A program made the position numbers and the translations under genes. From Octopus sinensis (taxonomy: Eukaryota), in assembly GCF_006345805.1 (NCBI RefSeq), contig NC_042998.1, forward strand, positions 310,001 to 374,000: a DNA stretch of 64,000 nucleotides. The letters run 5' to 3'. Shown here in pieces: positions 1 to 13,324 of this stretch. Below the pieces are notes generated by a model. The model made no database searches, was not told the DNA's origin, and saw only the letters and a list, made by a program, of their open reading frames with translations. Every line of letters begins with the position of its first letter. The first letter of the stretch is position 1.

Positions 1-486
1 CAGACTCAAATGACAGAAGACATATGCCTTCTGCCATTAAAGTCAGACAAGCCCTCTATAAAGCAAAGCACTTTATGGGTGCAAAACCATTGGTCACTCT
101 ATGACCGGACATATATTTAACTCCATGTAAATATGTATATATTTATGTAAAAGAATAAATGGTATTTCCTCACTTGGTAAAAACCAAAATTTATGCAATG
201 TGTAATATTTTTAAGCAGTAAATATTTTTTCTTTACTCCTCTAAATAAATGGAGCTTCAGGACTAACTGTGTCGCACACACTCACAATATTGTTTCCATG
301 ACTGATTGACTCCAAGAAAGAAAGAAGTGATAAAAAAATGTTTACTTGTCTGTTGAATAAAAAAAAAACAAAGCAGGTAAACTGGCAGTTACTGTTTTTA
401 TTGTGAAGTCACAATGAGTTCACCACCTCATCACTCCCCATTCAGCCTAAATGAAAATGGTTATACTCTTCACTGTATGCTGTGTG

Positions 487-732
487 CATAGATTGACATA
501 TTTTGGTCATATTACACAGAGATAATCCCTGGAGAAGGACATCATGCTCGGAATGGTCAGTGGCAAGAGAGGAAGAGGCCGACCAAGAACCCGCTGGCTT
601 GACACCATCAAGAGTGACACGGGAATGGCCATAGCCAATCTGAAAGAAGCCACCCAGGATAGAACTGGCTGGAGAACACTGATCCATCAAGTAACCGAGA
701 GTTGACTTCAAGTGAGTGGATGGATAGATAGA
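487..732 (+). mobile_element. 5'-truncated RTE/BovB-like LINE 3' end
   Basis: Reads HRLTYFGHI..SLEKDIMLGMVSGKRGRGRPRTRWLDTI..DRTGWRTLIHQVT (RTE C-terminus), with a TGGA/TAGA tail and 12-bp TSD GTATGCTGTGTG (475-486, 733-744). Confidence 0.85.
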
Positions 733-777
733 GTATGCTGTGTGATGCTTGGAACATACTGATGCTTATGTCATTAA

Positions 778-1261
778 CCCTTTAGCATTTAAACCAGCCA
801 TATATGGCTATGTGGAGGCATGTGGCTTAGTGGTTAGGGTGTCAGCATCATGATCGTAATATTGTGGTTTCAATTCCTGGACTGGGTGACGCGTCATGTT
901 CTTGAGCAAAACACTTCATTTCACGTTGCTTCAGTCCACTCAGCTGGCAAAAATGTGTAACGCTGCGATGGACTGGCGTCTCGTCCAGCTGGGGAACACA
1001 TACGTCATAGAAACTGGGAAACTGGGCCCATGAGCCTGGCTAGGCTTTAAAAGGGCACATTTATTTTTATTTATATATGGCTACAATGTTTTATTTTCCA
1101 ACTGGCCAGATCCAACCTCTCACGCTTACCCTACATTATTATTCTAAACAAACAATCACATCATTGAAATCTCTCAAAGCTACAAAGTAATGCATGACTA
1201 GTTCATATCAATGTGAATAAATAAGCATTACATTTGACAGAGAAATCTGAACAATAAAGGG
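778..1261. mobile_element. piggyBac-type MITE interrupted by a SINE
   Basis: TTAA|CCCTTTA...TAAAGGG|TTAA termini; related partial copy near 36710-36876. Confidence 0.7.
811..1072 (+). mobile_element. tRNA-derived SINE, family A
   Basis: A-box TGGCTTAGTGG, B-box-like GTTTCAATTCC, TTTA tail; TSD ATATATGGCTA (800-810, 1073-1083). Confidence 0.85.
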
Positions 1262-1299
1262 TTAAATGTGTAATGATACCTGCATTACAACAGGTATTT

Positions 1300-1686
1300 A
1301 TCTTTTACTAGCTTCAGTCATTATAATCCAGCCATGCTGGGGCACCACCTAGAAGAATTTTTTTAGTTGAATGAATCAACCCCAGACTTACTTTTTTGTT
1401 AAGACTGGTACTTACTCCTTCAGTGTCTTTTTGCTGAACCACTAAGTTACAGGGCGGTAAATACACCAACACTGGTCGTCAAGTGATGGGGGGGGGAACA
1501 TGCACACACACACACACACATTCAACAGGCTTCTTTCAGTTTTCTCCTACCAAATCCACTCACAAGGCTTTGGTCAGCCCAAAGCTATAGTAGAAGACAC
1601 TTGCCAAATGTGCCACACAGTAAGGCTGAACCTGGAACCATGTGGTTGGAAAGCAAGCTTCTAACCACACAACCATGCCTGCACCT
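1300..1686 (-). mobile_element. SINE family C (internal microsatellite)
   Basis: Matches the most abundant repeat in the window (tRNA-like head, internal CA/TA tract, ...gactgaaacaagtaaaag tail). Confidence 0.8.
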
Positions 1687-1964
1687 GTTTAAAAACAAAA
1701 TAAAAACTGTCCCTATAACCTTGAGTGATCATGGTCTTATATTTTTGTTTGCTTAAGCCAGAAAGACACAAAAATATTTTTAATCTAGCTCACCTTTAAG
1801 AATAGTTTACCAAGCCCAGCTCTACATTGAACATTTAGCACTTTGACTTACCTGTGTGATTTTTTCTTTTCTGAGAGCTGCATTTCTTTGAACCTGTTGT
1901 TATTCCTTTCAGTTACCAATGTTTAAAAGTTTAAAATAAACATTACTACTTAATAAACATTCCT

Positions 1965-2122
1965 GTAGTTAAGAAGCTTACTTCCCAACCATGCAGTCTT
2001 GGGTTCAGTTCCACTGTACAGCACCAAGGGCGAGCATCTTGTACTATAGCCCCAGGCCAATCAGCCAACCAAAGCCTTGTGAGTTGATTTGGTAGATGGA
2101 AAGTGAAAGAAGCCTCTCTGTG

Positions 2123-2174
<52 letters not shown>

Positions 2175-2335
2175 TGTGTTTACCCCCTCATCACCGCTTA
2201 GCAACCAATGTAGCTCAGTGGTTCAGTAAAAGAGACTGATGGAAGAAGTACTGGGGTTGGTTTGTTCAGCTAAAAGCCTTCCAGGTGCCGTCCCAGTATG
2301 TTCACAGTTTAATGATTGAAACAAGTAAAAAAAAA
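1965..2335 (+). mobile_element. SINE family C
   Basis: Same family, inverted relative to 1300-1686. Confidence 0.75.
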
Positions 2336-3259
2336 AAAAAATTAAAGAAAAACTTTCCAACAGGGAAAGCCAGGAATCCTTAAATTTCCCATTATAAACA
2401 TGTCTGTTTCTAAATTACCATTTATTATATCAACTCTTGCAACTCTTCTCTCTGTTGCTCATTTAACAGAGAAATGGTTTAATGAAATACAATAAAACTA
2501 AAACTAAAACAATATGTTGGAGTATAACATAAAACAATAGGAAAGCAAACTGACACCTGCTTTTGATTTATATAGACTGATCCAAAAAATCTCATGGGAA
2601 CATGAGGTTAGTAAACAGCACATTTAATCAGTTCACACAAAAAGTGAATGCCAAAATTATATCACATTTCAAAACCACTTCTTTTTTTTTCTAACACTCT
2701 ATTTATAAAAAAAAAGAAAAAAATTCATGTCACACCTACACAATTTTTTGTTGTTGTTTGAACCTTTTCAAACTAATAGTTGTCAGAATTCATAATTATG
2801 GATTTATAACAATTGGGAACCTGGAACCTGAGAAAAACACAGGTGATCTACCTCAGCAAAAATTAGTTTAAGCCTTTGCCTGCTTTGTGCACAGAATATG
2901 TTTCTCTGGTGTTTATACATCATATATGATACACATTCCCAAGTTTTTGTTTCAACTATCAGTGTAACCTGAGACCTAGGAAAAGAAAGCTTTATATTAT
3001 TCAAAACATGTGAAACAAAAGCTAATTATAAGTCTGAAGACAAGCATGGACATTTAGGAGACAAACTTGTGAAAATGTTTTGAACAGGAAAAGCATTAGT
3101 AAAATTTGCAGATATAAATAAATTTGTATGTCATGTAAAGAGATCATAAATTCTCACAATATATTTCAGGAAGGGCCCTTTTCTAGTTTAAAAAATAAGC
3201 TTTCAATATTGCTGAATATATACATATGTAATTATAAGTTTGTCTTGTAATGACTCCCA

Positions 3260-3560
3260 CACCAGTCTGATTTATAAATAAACCAGATTACACTGACAAC
3301 ATGATCAACAATTAGCAGTCTTGTATTTAATTATGTCACAATGACATGACCCTATCATACACATATAGCAGTCTAATATATAACTGTTACAATGATATGA
3401 CCATTGCCCCCTACAGCCCAGTACATGACCATGTAACACTGATATGAATGCCACTCCACACACATTCACCACTCTGGTATACAGCTATGTTACAGTGACA
3501 TGACCTATACACACATAACATGGTCCAGTATATAACTATGTTATACACACCAGTCCAGTA
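3260..3560. repeat. degenerate minisatellite, about 50-bp unit
   Basis: Recurring cagtc..gtat..aactatgttacaatgacatgacc, about 6 diverged units. Confidence 0.55.
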
Positions 3561-4308
3561 ATGAGTAGTGTTATTATATTTCTCACTGTTTTATAACTTC
3601 ATGCTGGTTGGGCCTGGTCGGTAACTCTCTGCTGTGCATTCACTCATCATTCAATCACTCTATTTCACTGCTGTTCTACTCCCTCATCAATCTCTTGACT
3701 TCTCTGGAAAGCAAAGCTTATGTGACCAGTAGGGCAGATAATATTACACTTTTCCTCATTAATACACACACATGCATGTATGGATGCACGCACATGCACA
3801 CACACACACACATACTGATGGGAAAATTCATAAACAGAGCCTGAAATATTGCTTTGAGATACATGGCTTGACAACTGATGTTGTGTTTACTTCCCCGTAA
3901 CTTAGTGGTTCAGCAAAGGATACTGATAGAATAGGCACTAGGCTTACAAGGAATAAGTCCTGAGGTTGTTTTCTTTGACTAAAACCCTTTAAGGTGGTGC
4001 TTCAACATGGCCACAGTCAGATGACTGAAGCATGTAAACGAATAAAAGAAAAGAATACATAGATGGGAGGCTTCTTTAAGTTATGTTCTACCAAATCAGA
4101 TGAAAATGGTTTTACTCTTCACTGTATGCTGTGTGCATAGATTGATGATATTCGTTATTTTCCCTTTTGCCTGCATGGATTGTTTTCAAGTACTTTGGTT
4201 TTTCTGGGAGCCCCTTTTAAAGTAGAAGGAATAGCTAAGATTTTTTGACTGCTATTTCTAAACTTCAATATGTGGTGAAGCAAATCTTTGCTGTACCCTA
4301 ATTATAAA

Positions 4309-4347
<39 letters not shown>

Positions 4348-5079
4348 CATATACATACATATATATATATATATAACGCCCCCACCCCGTCCAATGGATG
4401 GTGCTGAGTTGTCAAACATTTAAACCAAATTTTCTCAAAACAACTTGTCCGACCGTCCCATTGGCCTCCCCTTTGAGAAACACTGATTTAACCTAAATTT
4501 GAGACACCAGCAAAAGAAGAAATAAAAATAGACTTTTTTCTATTCCAAGAAAAACAATTTTACAAATGTATGTTCCCACAGCTTTATTGATTGCATTCTC
4601 ACCTGGAATTGATTTTTGTAATTTTTTCAACCCTTATACACGCCCTGATACCATCGGTATCTACATATCAAATGGAGGATGCTCGAGATCCTAGAAGACA
4701 CACAGGACGGATTTTATATAATAGATATGTATGTATGTTTGTGTGGGCATGTATATATGTGTGTGTTTGTATGCACACATACAGACCATCAAAATGGTAC
4801 TGCCATGCTGGAGGAGGGGATAGTTATGCACTATTAAGAAAGTGGTCAATGACTTCTTTACTTTAACTCTTAAACAATAGGAAAGGATCGAATAAAAGTG
4901 TGTGCCAAATAGGCAAAAAACAAAAAAGTATCTCCCTTTCTTAAGGATAATTTTATTACTAATTTCCACTTTAAATAAGTACAAAGAGTAATTAACTGAT
5001 TCTTAATCTTTTGCACTATAAAATTTTTAATTATATTATCAAAACGTATTGTAAAATATTCACTTTCCTTTGCATGCAA

Positions 5080-5605
5080 TCATCATCATCATCATTGTTT
5101 AACGTCCCTTTTCCATGCAAGCATGGGTTGGACGGTTCGACCGGGGTCTGGGAAGCCAGATGGCTGCACCAGGCTCCGGTCTGATCTGGTAGTGTTTCTA
5201 CAGATGGATGCCCTTCCTAATGCTAACCACTCCGTGAGTGTAGTGGGTGCTTTTTATGTGCCACTGGCACACATGCCAGGGCAGTCTGGCAGCCACCACG
5301 ATTGGTTGATGCTTTTTACATGCCACCGGCACAGAAGCCAGTCAAAGTGGCACTGGCCTTGGCCATGTTCGGATGATGCTTTTTATGTGCCACCGGCACA
5401 AGTATCACAACTACAATTTCCCTTTGATGTTTTATTTTGATGTTGATGTATTTCACTCAATAGTTCTCCTCAAGCACAGCAGGTCACCCTATGATCCAAG
5501 GTAAGCACAGCAGGTCATTCTGCAATCCAAGGTACTTTGGATGGGCTGGGGCTATGTGAAACTGGTGCAGGAAACAGCCATGAACTCACGTTATTTGTCG
5601 GGTCT
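5080..5605 (-). mobile_element. SINE/non-autonomous retroelement family E, (GAT)n tail
   Basis: catcatcat-ttaacgtc..ttccatgc.agcatgggttggacgg end shared with many copies; internal repeats of gtgctttttatgtgccaccggcac. Confidence 0.75.
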
Positions 5606-8255
5606 TCATTTCAAATTTCTGCATTGTTGTTGTCAACTAAATGTACAAATGGAGAAAATAGGCGTACTTTTTCCATCCAAAACTGATTTGAAGCATCACA
5701 TTCTTCTCTGTTATCTAGAACATCATCATAATCATAATCATCATCTACAACATCTGATGAAGGAAATTAAAAAAAAAATTTCTTTGCTGAATAAATCCCA
5801 TCGATAATGGCTGCTTATGCTTAGGCACAGTTGACGAAGTAGATGTTCAGACATCAACTGGTGACGGCTGTATCCATGTAACACTTTTGAAATGTCAATT
5901 GATGATGTTCACCATTTAAGGGTTAAAGAAATTCATCATAGACTGCAATGTGTTTTTGTTTCTTGAAAAATTAAATGCATGTTTAAATACTTTATTCTAA
6001 AAAAAAAAAGAAATATTTTCTTTATTTGCATAACACCGTTCAGAAAATTAGATATGACTAAGGATTACAAGTGCCAACTAAGAAATTATAGAAGATTGTC
6101 TAACAATGAATATTATTATCTGGAAATAATGGAACATGTTAATATATTGTGTTTGGTTTAAAACTAAACTGACAACGAATTTGTATAGGAAAGTAACAGG
6201 AAGCTGTAAAAAAAGCCATGGAAGAGAAATAATATGTGGAAAGAAACATATTATGAAAAATTAAAAGATTCGTCAATAATAATATGTAAAGCTTTTCCTT
6301 TTGAATTCTTCCTATGAAAATCTTCTTTCAGAAAATATCAAATCTGTAAGCTTAAACAATTATAGATGTAAATGTTGTTTTTTTTTTTTTTTTTAACCCT
6401 AAATACCCATTCATAATGCATGGTATTACAGAACAATGAAATTTTAAAATCTTTTCCTACCCACTTCCTATTTTTTCTTTTTTTTTTTGCTGAAAAGCTT
6501 CTAATTTTTCAAGATGCAAAATAGAAAATTCTTGCTTGCATGAATAATTCTGATTTATTTTCATTTATTATTCAAAAACTCATTGGAAAAAAAAAAATTT
6601 AAAGCCTGTCTGTTATGAATAAACTAGCAGCATCTAAGGAAAGTCTGCTGTTATTTTGAAAAAACAGATTGTTAGAAATTCCTTGGGGCTCCTAAAATAT
6701 GTATTTTTTTTGTTATATTTGGGAAGAGATGTAAGTGATAAAGCCTTTATACAAACCCAACAGTTGTTGCTTGTCTATATTTTACTTCTCTTTCTTTTTT
6801 TTTGAAGCAGTTCTATGTAGCTTTCTCAGTGGATATACATTTTTTTTCAAATGCTTAGTTTCTAGTTTACAACTGAATTTTTGCAATTGTTCAACCTCCA
6901 AAGTAGCAAGTATACAAGCTGTATGGTGTTTTAATTTTTTTTTTTACATATGCTAGTACAAAATGTGTGTATGTGTGTGTGTGTTTTGTTTTTGGATTAT
7001 TTTTAAAAGAAAAGATGTACAACCATTGAAAAAGCTATAAACTATTGCAGTACAAATATTTTGGGGGGCATAAACAAACATCAACTATTTTGGAAAAAAA
7101 GAAAGAAAAGTGAAATATAGACAAGCAACAACTGGTGAGTGTGTTTATAGGCTTTATCAATTATAACTTATCCAAAATCCAACAATATTGGTCTCAACAC
7201 TGGTTTCAGAACAAAGTTTTAGGAAAACAAATTCAAGATCCTAATTATTTATTTTGTTTAGAAATTCTTGAAACTCTTGTTTTGTGAAGTTTCTTAGTGA
7301 CCCTGTCAGTGCTGGTGCCACTTAAAAATAACCCAGTCCACTCTGCAGGGTGGTTGGTGTAGAAGGGCATCCAGTCATAAAAATCATGCCAAAACAGACA
7401 CAGAAAAATGGTGCAGTCTTCTACCTGGCCAGCTCCTGCCAAACCATCCAACCCATGCCAGCATGGAAGGAGGACTTAAATGATGATGATGATGATGTAC
7501 ATTTTCAGAAGCATTTGGCTCTTGAGACTGTAAAACCTACAAAGGTAGTAGTGGAGGTACCTGCAGCTTTAAGAAAGAACATCACTGAAAACTAAATTTT
7601 TTGTTATACACTTTCTACCTGTTTCATTTTGAGTGTAGTTATTATTTTAATCATTATGTCAAGCTGTAAACAATCTTAACTATGGAAAAAAATCAAAAGC
7701 ATAATTTATCTATGATATTACTCTGCTGCAGTACAGCTATGTTGGTAAAGCTTTAACAAATCTCTGTATGTTGTGTTACATTGTTAGTTTTATATCAAAG
7801 AACGAAAAGATCTGGACTTGAATTCTCAGTACCACAATCCCAGTGAACAAAATACAATAGCTGCTCCATCTAGCTGTGGATTCTTAGATAAATGTTTCAT
7901 TAATATATGACACATTTAATAAAAAATATTTACTAACCATCTTACAAGCAATATCACATATATGTTCTATTTATAACAGATAATGTCTTCAATTTTATTC
8001 CATAGTTAACGTATTACATCTGTAGACTGTAACGAAATAATAGTACAAATAAGGTTGGAACCAAGGGATTTGTTAGAAAAGGCTGGTAATCCCAAAGCAA
8101 AGTTTTGGTCTATGGAAGCAATAACATTTTCTGCTATTTTGGTGGGTATATGTATTTTGTGTCTCTAGTCTGTGAGATGATAGGAGTGTATGAAGTATTT
8201 CAGCATTCACTTCAAGAAACTGAGGTCAGTGTATTATCTATATAGTATGTATTGA

Positions 8256-8295
<40 letters not shown>

Positions 8296-8613
8296 TATGA
8301 ATGTATATATACACATACACACACGCACGCACGCACACACGCACGCATGCAGGCACACACACAGACACAATCATTGCTGTTGTCATTTTAGTGTCCACTT
8401 TTCCATGCTTGCAAAAGTCAGATGGAATTTGTTGAGGTGGAATTTTCTACAACTGGATGCCTTTTCTATTGTCAACACTCACCTGCTTCCAAGAAAGGTA
8501 ATATTTGTCCATGACCAGAGACAAATTTTCACAGAACCTTGAAAACAAAGGATACAACTTTCATAATGGTGACACTCATTTACAACTCTCACATGATGTC
8601 AAGGTAAGGAGAC

Positions 8614-8649
<36 letters not shown>

Positions 8650-8845
8650 ACATGATGGACTTCATTCAGTTTCTGTTTACCAAATCCACTAGCAGGACTT
8701 TGGTCATCTGGGGCTATAGTACAAGAAGTCACTTGCTCAAGGTGGAAAGCAGTGAGACTGAACCGAGAACCATGTGGTTAGGAAGCAAACTTCTTACCAC
8801 ACAGTCACACCTGTACCTAGATTCATGATGCATGTATACACATAT

Positions 8846-8890
<45 letters not shown>

Positions 8891-9895
8891 CACACATGCA
8901 ATGATGATGATACGTGAACACATGACACACACAATTACAAGAATTGTGTAAGAATAGATATAAATTAAGTCTCGTTAACAGAGTGAAAAGGGCATCAAAG
9001 AAGTAAATTATGAGTTTGCTGTTTCTATTGTCATTAGAGAGGTGTTTGGTTCATAGTCAATACACATAGCTCTTAATAACCCAGTCCACCTAGATGTAAT
9101 TGGGCACCACAATGTAATACAATCCACTCTCAAAGTGGTGATAGTACTGTAAATTTTACAAGTGTTCTCTCAGTTCTGAAGATGGGAGATGATAATATGA
9201 GAAAAAAGTGGAAAGAAAAAGAGATTTGGAATTTCATTTACAAGCCCTCATATATTCCACAGCACTGCACAATGTTTTCAGCATTCTGAACTAGAATAAA
9301 TAAGGTTTTGGCATTCTGCTTATGTACATATCATTTGAGAGGAGACATACTAAAGACAAAGCTTGTTTGATCTTTATGGATTGGAATGCAAAGACAGTTC
9401 AAAGAAAGGTTAGGTTTTGTATAGACTAACATTTTCAGATTAACTTCGGGTAATCTAGATTAATATTTTCTTTTCAAGTATCTTTTTTTTTTGTGTTTTT
9501 CTCTGGTAAAATGTCCAAAATATACAGACAATGAAATACAAATATGATCTGGAGTTTCATAGAAGAAAAGAAAGTTGTTTGAAGTGGTGATATTTGAACT
9601 GACGGCTGCATTATGAATATATATAAGGAAAAATAATACTTATAAAAGAAACACAGAATGACTCGTCAAGCAATCTTTTGTCATTTTTATAAAAGTTGTA
9701 TTACAAATGACTCATATATAGATAAGCATAGTCAATAGATATTGACTTTAGCTATACACACATACAAATACAAAGAAATTTTAACAATATAAAATGGAAG
9801 GAAAATTCAATGCAAAAGGCATAATAAAACGAAGAACCAGAAAAATGAAAAAAGAAATATGTATTGAAGATTGATGAAATGACTATTGAACTTAC

Positions 9896-10166
9896 CCGAA
9901 AATGTGCATATTCTCTGTTACGTTGACCTAAAAACAGTGATATTTTGTCAGCTTTAAAATTTGTGTCCAACGTCAGTATGACTCGTCTATAGATCTGTTC
10001 ACAGTCTACAAATAAGGTGAGGTCTGTTGCACTTAGGCTTAGTGCTAATTTGTGCCAATGATTGTCAGCAAGTTTATAAGGGAATGTTTCAATTTGTATT
10101 TTTTGGTCATGTGTGTAATAAAACCTCACTTCGTTCCTCCTGCCACTACTTTCAATTTCGAGAATC
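9896..10166 (-). CDS. NELL1: NELL-like gene (protein kinase C-binding protein NELL1/2), coding exon, LamG/TSPN core
   Basis: Pyrimidine tract ending ggacag and donor CGG|GTAAGT; 271 bp, phase 2-0. ILEIESSGRRNEVRFYY...ETFPYKLADNHWHKLALSLSATDLTLFVDCEQIYRRVI...FLGQRN closely matches vertebrate NELL (LELESSGHRNEVR...FPYILADDKWHKLSL...DCNKIYERV...WLGQRN). Probably a co-ortholog of NELL1 and NELL2. Confidence 0.93.
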
Positions 10167-10404
10167 CTGTCCGGCAAATGCAAAGAGAAGAGCAGAAAAA
10201 AAAAACATTATAAGTAGAAATAACACAATGGAAATAATTTTCACCAACCTAAACAGTCATCCCCTATTTCCTGATCTATCATCCTTGGATCACTTCTATC
10301 ACACTCACCTTACCCCCACCTTCCAAACAGATACTTTCCATCAAGCAGCACCTCCACTCTTGTTCATCACTTACTACATTAACCACTACTCTCATCTAAT
10401 CAAG

Positions 10405-10708
10405 TGGAGGTACATGGCCTAGTAGTTAGAGCTGCGGACTCACGGTTGAGGGATTGCAGGTTTGAATCTCAGACTGGGCGATGTGTGTGTTTATGAGCGA
10501 AACACCTAAGCTCCATGCGGCTCCGGCAGAAGGTAATGGCGAACTTCTGCTGACTCTTTCACCACAACTTTCTCTCACTCTTTCCTCCTGTATCTTGCAG
10601 CTCACCTGTGACAGACTGGCGTCCCATCCAGGTGGGGAACCTATACGCCAAGGAAACCAGAAACCGGCCCTATGAGCCAGGCATGGCTCGAGAAGGAACA
10701 AACAACAA
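10405..10708 (+). mobile_element. tRNA-derived SINE, family B
   Basis: tRNA-like head and AAC tail; near-identical to 43555-43856. Confidence 0.85.
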
Positions 10709-11112
10709 CTCTTCTAATCAGTTTAGTCTCCCCTCATACATACACTTTTCCATTCCACTCTTAATCTACCAATCAGATCCTCTCTTGCTCCTTAAGGATT
10801 CACTCTGGCACACTATCAATAACATCTCTATGGTCTTTCCTGTTACTCCCACCCACCATCATATAATGCAAGGAAGCCATCCACCTTCTCCATAGCAAGA
10901 CACTAGTGCTTTTCTCCCCATCATACTTTAACCCTTTCCTTTCGAACACCTATAATAAAGTCACCTCTCCCTGGGGAAATCCCCCATTCTCAAATGCACA
11001 CTCTTACTTAGTCAAGGGATCTTTTCATTTTTCTTGTTCTATTTTGGTTTGCAAGTTACTTAGCAACCTCACTAGTGCCAGTGACACACAAAAAAAAAAA
11101 TCCAGCACAAAT

Positions 11113-11512
11113 AGGTGTAGGAGTGGCTGTGTGGTAAGTAGTTTGCTTACTAACCACATGGTTCCAGGTTCAGTCACACTGCATGGCACCTTGGGCAAGT
11201 GTCTTCTACTATAGCCTCGGGCCGACCAAAGCCTTGTGAATGGATTTGGTAGACGGAAACTGAAAGAAGCCCGTCGTATATATGTATATGTATGTGTGTG
11301 TATATGTTTGTGTGTATATGTTTGTGTGTCTGTGTTTATCCCCACTACAATCGCTTGACAACCGATGCTGGTGTGTTTATGTTCCTGTAACTTAACTGTT
11401 TGGTAAAAGAGACCGATAGAATAAGTACTAGGCTTACAAAGAATAAGTCCTGAGGTCGATTTGCTCGACTAAAGGCGGTGCTCCAGCATGACTGAAATAA
11501 GTAAAAGAGTGA
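11113..11512 (+). mobile_element. SINE family C, near full length
   Basis: aggagtggctgtgtggtaag head, internal TA/TG tract, aagtaaaagag tail. Confidence 0.85.
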
Positions 11513-12123
11513 GAGTAGACCCTATAAAGCAGTTGATGTGAGGAAGAAGACTCATCTGTAGAAACCCTGCCGAAGCTGATACTGGAGTATGATGCAGCCA
11601 TGTAGCTCACCAGGTGCTGCTGAATCACAAAACCCATGCTGACACAGAAAACAGACAATAAATGATGCAGGTGCTGCTACTGATGATGATGATGGCATTC
11701 TCAGTTTTGGTATTTACTTGGCTATATTTCAAGCATATGAAAGTATTGTGAAGTCCAAATGTACATGGCCTTCTAGTCTTATGAGTTCAGAGATTTGTAT
11801 AACATTGATCTGTATAACAGTGCATAAGATTTAAAACTGAATGAAGGCAATCTTAAATATTTTAGCTGTTGCATGTATTCACAGTGCATAATAAATATAT
11901 TGGTGCAGACATAGCAGTGTGGTTAAGAGGCTTGCTTTGCAACTACATAGTTTCAGGTTCAGTCCCACTGCATAGCATTTTGAGCAAGTCTTTTCTACTT
12001 TAACATTGGGCTGACCAATGCCTTGTGAATGAATTTGGTAGACAGAATATGTGTGGATACCAGGTGTGTGTGTGTGTGTACTTGCACACACACACAATAT
12101 ATATATATATATATATGTATACA

Positions 12124-13025
12124 TTTTTTTTTTCTCTAGTTTCAACTCAGAGCTGCAGCCATGCTGATGCACCGCCGTTTTGTGCTACACTGTTATTACA
12201 AAGAACCTCGTCTAATATGTGACACTTGGTGAAGAACGGAGTTTGATATAGCTACCCTCATTTGCACCTCTTGCCGTGAGGTAGGTTCATCTGGGACTCT
12301 TGACAGGAAGATGTCCAGCTTTGATTTAAAAACCGCTACATCTACTTTGTGCAAGTTCCTCAGACTCTTTGGGAGAATATTAAAAAGCTGTGGGCCCTTG
12401 AAACCCAGGCTGTTGCTGGGATCTTTGGCACTATGCAGTGTCATCCCGTTCTAGCATTGGTGTAGCTTACAATGCCAAAATTTGGCACAATTCCTTCCAG
12501 GATCTTCCAGACATATATTACTGCATACCTCTCCCGTCTTCTCTCCAGGGAGTAGAGTCTTAGCTGTTTCAACCTTTCCCAGTAGCTGAGTTGTTGCAAA
12601 GAGACGATCTTCTTTGTGAATCTTCTCTGGATTGCTTCAAGGTCCGCTGTTAATTTCACACTGGTAGGTGACCATAGCTGTGAGCAGTAATCCAGGTGGC
12701 TGAGGACGAATGTCCGCCAGAGGACCATCATGGTTTCCTTATCTCTGGTTCTGAATGTTCTTAGGATCCACCCAGCCAGTCGTCTGCACTTTGTCACCAT
12801 CCTGGTAATGTGCACTTGGAAAGAGGTATCATCACTCATGTCGATAACCAGGTCCCTCACAGACTTAGGCTCTGGGATTGAAATTCCCTGTGGACCGGTG
12901 TATCCTGTAAGTTTAATATTCAGTTTTGGATGCTGGTAGTGCAGGGCCTGGAATTTTTCAGCATTAAACTGCATATTATTATCCTCAGCGCCCATCTGTA
13001 GATTGAGTCCAACTCCTGCTGTAGG
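12124..13025 (-). mobile_element. 5'-truncated CR1-clade LINE (RT thumb and C-terminus)
   Basis: AEDNNMQFNAEKFQ..VRDL..HLDYCSQLWSP..LEAIQRRFTK..SYWERLKQLRLYSLERRRER..FKSKLD motifs; frameshift near 12443; poly-A end. Confidence 0.9.
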
Positions 13026-13041
13026 AGTATATATATATATA

Positions 13042-13258
13042 TCATCATCATCATCATCATCATCATTTAACGTCCGCTTTCCATGCTAGCATGGGTTGGA
13101 CGGTTCAACTGGGGTCTGGCAAGCTCGAAGGCTGCACCAGGCCAATCAGATCTGGCAGTGTTTCTACAGCTGGATGCCTTTCCTAACGCCAACCACTCTG
13201 AGAGTGTAGTGGGTGATTTTATGTGCCACCGACACAGGTGCCAGACGAGGCTGGCAGA
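13042..13258 (-). mobile_element. SINE family E
   Basis: (CAT)n tail plus family body. Confidence 0.8.
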
Positions 13259-13277
13259 CATATATATATATACACAC

Positions 13278-13319
<42 letters not shown>

Positions 13320-13324
<5 letters not shown>

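Noticed and set aside
811-890. tRNA-like sequences at SINE heads
   Set aside because: They continue into SINE bodies with TSDs; not stand-alone tRNA genes.
1846-1895. Strong minus-strand donor CAG|GTAAGT as the next NELL exon
   Set aside because: No pyrimidine-rich acceptor upstream and no match to the expected GxxQDV..QCP peptide.
3260-3560. CRISPR-like repeat-spacer appearance
   Set aside because: Repeats are highly degenerate, there are no cas genes, and the context is a eukaryotic intron.
9752-9895. Extension of the 143-aa ORF past the LamG exon
   Set aside because: Read-through into the intron after a consensus GTAAGT donor; NELL similarity stops there.
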